From Azolla caroliniana (taxonomy: Eukaryota; Plantae; Polypodiophyta), in assembly GCA_043228905.1 (NCBI GenBank), contig JBHGNT010000056.1, forward strand, positions 62,001 to 126,000: a stretch of DNA of 64,000 bases, written 5' to 3'. Positions 56,291-64,000 of this stretch are shown here, piece after piece (position 1 is the stretch's first letter; the number at the start of each line of letters is the position of its first letter). The notes under the pieces were generated by a model. It saw nothing but the letters and a program-made list of their open reading frames with translations, did no database searches and had not been told where the DNA came from. A program made the position numbers and the translations under genes.

Positions 56291-58860
56291 AGCTAGCCTT
56301 GTTAGTTTCGATTCGCATGTTTGAACACAGAAATCCGATATCACACGAGCCAGGTATGACCATTTTAATTTACTCACACGCTCTTCTCAACTCCCTCCTC
56401 AAATATGCTAATTTCCTCATGTCTCTCGACCTGAGTTTCAAAATCTCGATTTTTTAATTCTATATCATAGCTAGCCTTGTTAGCTTCGATTTGCATGTTT
56501 GAACACAGAAATCCGATATCACACGAGCCAGGTATGACCATTTTAATTTACTCACTCGCTCTTCTCAACTCCCTCCTCAAATATGCTAATTTCTTCATGT
56601 CTCTCGACCTGAGTTTCAAAATCTCGATTTTTTAATTCTATATCATAGCTAGCCTTGTTAGCTTCGATTTGCATGTTTGAACACAGAAATCCGATATCAC
56701 ACGAGCCAGGTATGACCATTTTAATTTACTCACTGGCTCTTCTCAACTCCCTCCTCAAATATGCTAATTTCCTCATGTCTCTCGACCTGAGTTTCAAAAT
56801 CTCGATTTTTTAATTCTATATCATAGCTAGCCTTGTTAGTTTCGATTCGCATGTTTGAACACAGAAATCCGATATCACACGAGCCAGGTTTGACCATTTT
56901 AATTTACTCACACGCTCTTCTCAACTCCCTCCTCCAGCATGCTAATTTCCTCATGTCTTTCGACGTCAGTTTCGAAATCACGATTTTTTAAGTCTATATC
57001 ATAGCTAGCCTTGTTAGTTTCGATTCGCATGTTTGAACACAGAAATCCGATATCACACGAGCCCGGTATGACCATTTTAATTTACTCACACGCTCTTCTC
57101 AACTCCCTCCTCAAATATGCTAATTTCTTCATGTCTCTCGACCTGAGTTTCAAAATCTCGATTTTTTAATTCTATATCATAGCTAGCCTTGTTAGCTTCG
57201 ATTTGCATGTTTGAACACAGAAATCCGATATCACACGAGCCAGGTATGACCATTTTAATTTACTCACTGGCTCTTCTGAACTCCCTCCTCAAATATGCTA
57301 ATTTCCTCATGTCTCTCGACCTGAGTTTCAAAATCTCGATTTTTTAATTCTATATCATAGCTAGCCTTGTTAGTTTCGATTCGCATGTTTGAACACAGAA
57401 ATCCGATATCACACGAGCCAGGTATGACCATTTTAATTTACTCACTCGCTCTTCTCAACTCCCTCCTCAAATATGCTAATTTCTTCATGTCTCTCGACCT
57501 GAGTTTCAAAATCTCGATTTTTTAATTCTATATCATAGCTAGCCTTGTTAGCTTCGATTCGCATGTTTGAACACAGAAATCCGATATCACACGAGCCAGG
57601 TATGACCATTTTAATTTACTCACACGCTCTTCTCAACTCCCTCCTCAAATATGCTAATTTCTTCATGTCTCTTGACCTGAGTTTCAAAATCACGATTTTT
57701 TAATTCTATATCATAGCTAGCCTTGTTAGTTTCGATTCGCATGTTTGAACACAGAAATCCGATATCACACGAGCCAGGTATGACCATTTTAATTTACTCA
57801 CTGGCTCTTCTCAACTCCCTCCTCAAATATGCTAATTTCCTCATGTCTCTCGACCTGAGATTCAAAATCTCGATTTTTTAATTCTATATCATAGCTAGCC
57901 TTGTTAGTTTCGATTCGCATGTTTGAACACAGAAATCCGATATCACACGAGCCAGGTATGACCATTTTAATTTACTCACTCGCTCTTCTCAACTCCCTCC
58001 TCAAATATGCTAATTTCCTCATGTCTCTCGACCTGAGTTTCAAAATCACGATTTTTTAATTCTATATCATAGCTAGCCTTGTTAGTTTCGATTCGGATGT
58101 TTGAACACAGAAATCCGATATCACACGAGCCAGGTATGACCATTTTAATTTACTCAGTCGCTCTTCTCAACTCCCTCCTCCAGCATGCTAATTTCCTCAT
58201 GTCTTTCGACGTCAGTTTCGAAATCTCGATTTTTTAAGTCAATATCATAGCTAGCCTTGTTAGTTTCGATTCGCATGTTTGAACACAGAAATCCGATATC
58301 ACACGAGCCAGGTATGACCATTTTAATTTACTCACACGCTCTTCTCAACTCCCTCCTCAAATATGCTAATTTCCTCATGTCTCTCGACCTGAGTTTCAAA
58401 ATCTCGATTTTTTAATTCTATATCATAGCTAGCCTTGTTAGCTTCGATTTGCATGTTTGAACACAGAAATCCGATATCACACGAGCCAGGTATGACCATT
58501 TTAATTTACTCACTCGCTCTTCTCAACTCCCTCCTCAAATATGCTAATTTCTTCATGTCTCTCGACCTGAGTTTCAAAATCTCGATTTTTTAATTCTATA
58601 TCATAGCTAGCCTTGTTAGCTTCGATTTGCATGTTTGAACACAGAAATCCGATATCACACGAGCCAGGTATGACCATTTTAATTTACTCACTGGCTCTTC
58701 TCAACTCCCTCCTCAAATATGCTAATTTCCTCATGTCTCTCGACCTGAGTTTCAAAATCTCGATTTTTTAATTCTATATCATAGCTAGCCTTGTTAGTTT
58801 CGATTCGCATGTTTGAACACAGAAATCCGATATCACACGAGCCAGGTTTGACCATTTTAA
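54900..58860 (+). repeat. Higher-order duplication, 11-mer (1958 bp), 2 copies
   Basis: GCCCGG 55103/57061, CTTCTGAAC ~55315/57273, GAGATTC ~55899/57857, AAGTCAATATC ~56278/58236 and AGGTTTGAC ~56886/58844 are all +1958. Confidence 0.9.
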
Positions 58861-59549
58861 TTTACTCACTGGCTCTTCTCAACTCCCTCCTCAAATATGC
58901 TAATTTCCTGATGTCTCTCGACCTGAGTTTCAAAATCACGATTTTTTAATTCTATATCATACCTAGCCTTGTTAGTTTCGATTCGCATGTTTGAACACAG
59001 AAATCCGATATCACACGAGCCAGGTATGACCATTTTAATTTACTCACACGCTCTTCTCAACTCCCTCCTCAAATATGCTAATTTCTTCATGTCTCTCGAC
59101 CTGAGTTTCAAAATCTCGATTTTTTAATTCTATATCATAGCTAGCCTTGTTAGCTTCGATTTGCATGTTTGAACACAGAAATCCTATATCACACGAGCCA
59201 GGTTTGACCATTTTAATTTACTCACTGGCTCTTCTCAACTCCCTCCTCAAATATGCTAATTTCCTCATGTCTCTCGACCTGAGTTTCAAAATCACGATTT
59301 TTTAATTCTATATCATAGCTAGCCTTGTTAGTTTCGATTCGCATGTTTGAACACAGAAATCCGATATCACACGAGCCAGGTATGACCATTTTAATTTACT
59401 CACACGCTCTTCTCAACTCCCTCCTCAAATATGCTAATTTCTTCATGTCTCTCGACCTGAGTTTCAAAATCTCGATTTTTTAATTCTATATCATAGCTAG
59501 CCTTGTTAGCTTCGATTCGCATGTTTGAACACAGAAATCCGATATCACA

Positions 59550-62500
59550 CGAGCCAGGTATGACCATTTTAATTTACTCACACGCTCTTCTCAACTCCCT
59601 CCTCAAATATGCTAATTTCTTCATGTCTCTCGACCTGAGTTTCAAAATCTCGATTTTTTAATTCTATATCATAGCTAGCCTTGTTAGCTTCGATTTGCAT
59701 GTTTGAACACAGAAATCCGATATCACACGAGCCAGGTTTGACCATTTTAATTTACTCACTGGCTCTTCTCAACTCCCTCCTCAAATATGCTAATTTCCTC
59801 ATGTCTCTCGACCTGAGTTTCAAAATCACGATTTTTTAATTCTATATCATAGCTAGCCTTGTTAGTTTCGATTCGCATGTTTGAACACAGAAATCCGATA
59901 TCACACGAGCCAGGTATGACCATTTTAATTTACTCACACGCTCTTCTCAACTCCCTCCTCAAATATGCTAATTTCTTCATGTCTCTCGACCTGAGTTTCA
60001 AAATCTCGATTTTTTAATTCTATATCATAGCTAGCCTTGTTAGCTTCGATTCGCATGTTTGAACACAGAAATCCGATATCACACGAGCCAGGTATGACCA
60101 TTTTAATTTACTCACTCGCTCTTCTCAACTCCCTCCTCAAATATGCTAATTTCCTCATGTCTCTCGACCTGAGTTTCAAAATCACGATTTTTTATTTCTA
60201 TATCATAGCTAGCCTTGTTAGTTTCGATTCGCATGTTTGAACACAGAAATCCGATATCACACGAGCCAGGTATGACCATTTTAATTTACTCAATCGCTCT
60301 TCTCAACTCCCTCCTCCAGCATGCTAATTTCCTCATGTCTCTCGACCTGAGTTTCGAAATCACGATTTTTTAAGTCTATATCATAGCTAGCCTTGTTAGT
60401 TTCGATTCGCATGTTTGAACACAGAAATCCGATATCACACGAGCCAGGTATGACCATTTTAATTTACTCACACGCTCTTCTCAACTCCCTCCTCAAATAT
60501 GCTAATTTCCTCATGTTTCTCGACCTGAGTTTCGAAATCACGATTTTTTAATTCTATATCATAGCTAGCCTTGTTAGTTTCGATTCGCATGTTTGAACAC
60601 AGAAATCCGATATCACACGAGCCAGGTATGACCATTTTAATTTACTCACTCGCTCTTCTCAACTCCCTCCTCCAGCATGCTAATTTCCTCATGTCTTTCG
60701 ACGTCAGTTTCGAAATCACGATTTTTTAAGTCTATATCATAGCTAGCCTTGTTAGTTTCGATTCGCATGTTTGAACACAGAAATCCGATATCACACGAGC
60801 CAGGTATGACCATTTTAATTTACTCACACGCTCTTCTCAACTCCCTCCTCAAATATGCTAATTTCCTCATGTCTCTCGACCTGAGTTTCAAAATCACGAT
60901 TTTTTAATTCTATATCATAGCTAGCCTTGTTAGTTTCGATTCGCATGTTTGAACACAGAAATCCGATATCACACGAGCCAGGTATGACCATTTTAATTTA
61001 CTCACTCGCTCTTCTCAACTCCCTCCTCAAATATGCTAATTTCTTCATGTCTCTCGACCTGAGTTTCAAAATCTTGATTTTTTAATTCTATATCATAGCT
61101 AGCCTTGTTAGCTTCGATTCGCATGTTTGAACACAGAAATCCGATATCACACGAGCCAGGTATGACCATTTTAATTTACTCACACGCTCTCCTCAACTCC
61201 CTCCTCAAATATGCTAATTTCTTCATGTCTCTTGACCTGAGTTTCAAAATCTCGATTTTTTAATTCTATATCATAGCTAGCCTTGTTAGCTTCGATTTGC
61301 ATGTTTGAACACAGAAATCCGATATTACACGAGCCAGGTATGACCATTTTAATTTACTCACTGGCTCTTCTCAACTCCCTCCTCAAATATGCTAATTTCC
61401 TCATGTCTTTCGACGTCAGTTTCGAAATCACGATTTTTTAAGTCTATATCATAGCTAGCCTTGTTAGTTTCGATTCGCATGTTTGAACACAGAAATCCGA
61501 TATCACACGAGCCAGGTATGACCATTTTAATTTACTCACACGCTCTTCTCAACTCCCTCCTCAAATATGCTAATTTCCTCATGTCTCTCGACCTGAGTTT
61601 CAAAATCACGATTTTTTAATTCTATATCATAGCTAGCCTTGTTAGTTTCGATTCGCATGTTTGAACACAGAAATCCGATATCACACGAGCCAGGTATGAC
61701 CATTTTAATTTACTCACTCGCTCTTCTCAACTCCCTCCTCCAGCATGCTAATTTCCTCATGTCTTTCGACGTCAGTTTCGAAATCACGATTTTTTAAGTC
61801 TATATCATAGCTAGCCTTGTTAGTTTCGATTCGCATGTTTGAACACAGAAATCCGATATCACACGAGCCAGGTATGACCATTTTAATTTACTCACACGCT
61901 CTTCTCAACTCCCTCCTCAAATATGCTAATTTCTTCATGTCTCTCGACCTGAGTTTCAAAATCTCGATTTTTTAATTCTATATCATAGCTAGCCTTGTTA
62001 GCTTCGATTTGCATGTTTGAACACAGAAATCCGATATCACACGAGCCAGGTTTGACCATTTTAATTTACTCACTGGCTCTTCTCAACTCCCTCCTCAAAT
62101 ATGCTAATTTCCTCATGTCTCTCGACCTGAGTTTCAAAATCACGATTTTTTAATTCTATATCATAGCTAGCCTTGTTAGTTTCGATTCGCATGTTTGAAC
62201 ACAGAAATCCGATATCACACGAGCCAGGTATGACCATTTTAATTTACTCACACGCTCTTCTCAACTCCCTCCTCAAATATGCTAATTTCTTCATGTCTCT
62301 CGACCTGAGTTTCAAAATCTCGATTTTTTAATTCTATATCATAGCTAGCCTTGTTAGCTTCGATTCGCATGTTTGAACACAGAAATCCGATATCACACGA
62401 GCCAGGTATGACCATTTTAATTTACTCACTCGCTCTTCTCAACTCCCTCCTCAAATATGCTAATTTCCTCATGTCTCTCGACCTGAGTTTCAAAATCACG

Positions 62501-63100
62501 ATTTTTTATTTCTATATCATAGCTAGCCTTGTTAGTTTCGATTCGCATGTTTGAACACAGAAATCCGATATCACACGAGCCAGGTATGACCATTTTAATT
62601 TACTCACTCGCTCTTCTCAACTCCCTCCTCCAGCATGCTAATTTCCTCATGTCTCTCGACCTGAGTTTCGAAATCACGATTTTTTAAGTCTATATCATAG
62701 CTAGCCTTGTTAGTTTCGATTCGCATGTTTGAACACAGAAATCCGATATCACACGAGCCAGGTATGACCATTTTAATTTACTCACACGCTCTTCTCAACT
62801 CCCTCCTCAAATATGCTAATTTCCTCATGTCTCTCGACCTGAGTTTCGAAATCACGATTTTTTAATTCTATATCATAGCTAGCCTTGTTAGTTTCGATTC
62901 GCATGTTTGAACACAGAAATCCGATATCACACGAGCCAGGTATGACCATTTTAATTTACTCAGTCGCTCTTCTCAACTCCCTCCTCCAGCATGCTAATTT
63001 CCTCATGTCTTTCGACGTCAGTTTCGAAATCACGATTTTTTAAGTCTATATCATAGCTAGCCTTGTTAGTTTCGATTCGCATGTTTGAACACAGAAATCC
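59550..63100 (+). repeat. Duplication with 13-monomer offset (2314 bp); ~7 monomers matched
   Basis: AGGTTTGAC ~59734/62048, TTTTATTTC ~60190/62504 and hybrid B/A/B monomers ~60315/62630 are +2314, as is the ORF pair 60037/62351. Confidence 0.85.
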
Positions 63101-64000
63101 GATATCACACGAGCCAGGTATGACCATTTTAATTTACTCACTCGCTCTTCTCAACTCCCTCCTCCAGCATGCTAATTTCCTCATGTCTTTCGACGTCAGT
63201 TTCGAAATCACGATTTTTTAAGTCTATATCATAGCTAGCCTTGTTAGTTTCGATTCGCATGTTTGAACACAGAAATCCGATATCACACGAGCCAGGTATG
63301 ACCATTTTAATTTACTCACACGCTCTTCTCAACTCCCTCCTCAAATATGCTAATTTCTTCATGTCTCTCGACCTAAGTTTCAAAATCTCGATTTTTTAAG
63401 TCTATATCATAGCTAGCCTTGTTAGTTTCGATTCGCATGTTTGAACACAGAAATCCGATATCACACGAGCCAGGTATGACCATTTTAATTTACTCACTCG
63501 CTCTTCTCAACTCCCTCCTCAAATATGCTAATTTCTTCATGTCTCTCGACCTGAGTTTCAAAATCTTGATTTTTTAATTCTATATCATAGCTAGCCTTGT
63601 TAGCTTCGATTCGCATGTTTGAACACAGAAATCCGATATCACACGAGCCAGGTATGACCATTTTAATTTACTCACACGCTCTTCTCAACTCCCTCCTCAA
63701 ATATGCTAATTTCTTCATGTCTGGACCTGAGTTTCAAAATCTCGATTTTTTAATTCTATATCATAGCTAGCCTTGTTAGCTTCGATTTGCATGTTTGAAC
63801 ACAGAAATCCGATATTACACGAGCCAGGTATGACCATTTTAATTTACTCACTCGCTCTTCTCAACTCCCTCCTCAAATATGCTAATTTCCTCATGTCTCT
63901 CGACCTGAGTTTCAAAATCACGATTTTTTAAGTCTATATCATAGCTAGCCTTGTTAGTTTCGATTCGCATGTTTGAACACAGAAATCCGATATCACACGA

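Larger units (their letters stand above)
1..64000 (+). repeat. Tandem satellite DNA array, 178-bp monomer, ~359.6 copies, single orientation; probably centromeric or pericentromeric heterochromatin
   Basis: The monomer start CTCTCGACC occurs at 1, 357, 10321, 58381 and 63897, all multiples of 178 after correcting for the 5 visible deletions. The array runs off both window ends. The centromeric assignment is inferred only from nucleosome-scale monomer length and homogeneity. Confidence 0.99.

Noticed and set aside
2546-62554. The 61-81 aa ORFs on both strands in the ORF track
   Set aside because: They are translations of the satellite and are open only where a point variant removes a TAA (e.g. 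TTTTAA>TTTTTA, TAC or TAT). Most start at TTG, they have no recognisable domain, and they recur at the duplication offsets. They are useful only as HOR markers.
1-64000. CRISPR array or repeat-spacer system
   Set aside because: There are no unique spacers, since the variable segment is the same sequence with a few SNPs. The period is 178 bp and no cas genes are present.
1-64000. Tandem 5S rRNA, tRNA or snRNA gene array
   Set aside because: I recognise no 5S, tRNA or snRNA sequence, cloverleaf, or Pol III A/B/C boxes in the monomer.
1-64000. Embedded transposon, inversion or hidden unique insert
   Set aside because: The register arithmetic accounts for all bases (359x178 - 6 + 104 = 64000), and every line read matches the + orientation monomer.

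Overview
The whole 64 kb window is one uninterrupted, head-to-tail, single-orientation satellite array with a 178-bp monomer. It holds 359 full monomers plus 104 bp and is about 38% GC by hand count of the consensus. Consensus: CTCTCGACCTGAGTTTCAAAATCTCGATTTTTTAATTCTATATCATAGCTAGCCTTGTTAGTTTCGATTCGCATGTTTGAACACAGAAATCCGATATCACACGAGCCAGGTATGACCATTTTAATTTACTCACTCGCTCTTCTCAACTCCCTCCTCAAATATGCTAATTTCCTCATGT. I see no genes, transposons, RNA genes, CRISPR spacers, inversions or unique sequence. All listed ORFs are artefacts of point variants that remove a stop codon in the repeat. Monomer size and homogeneity suggest eukaryotic (peri)centromeric satellite, but I cannot name the organism or family. 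The informative structure lies in the variants: three monomer haplotypes (A, B, C) with recombinants between them, local higher-order duplications whose period keeps changing (10, 14, 10, 11, 18, 14/21, 9, 19, 10, 20, 11, 13 monomers), domain-restricted marker variants, and a 178-bp register with no net shift over about 53.7 kb. Periods were measured by hand from rare marker variants. Block boundaries are approximate to about one monomer. I found no evidence of a novel gene-based system.
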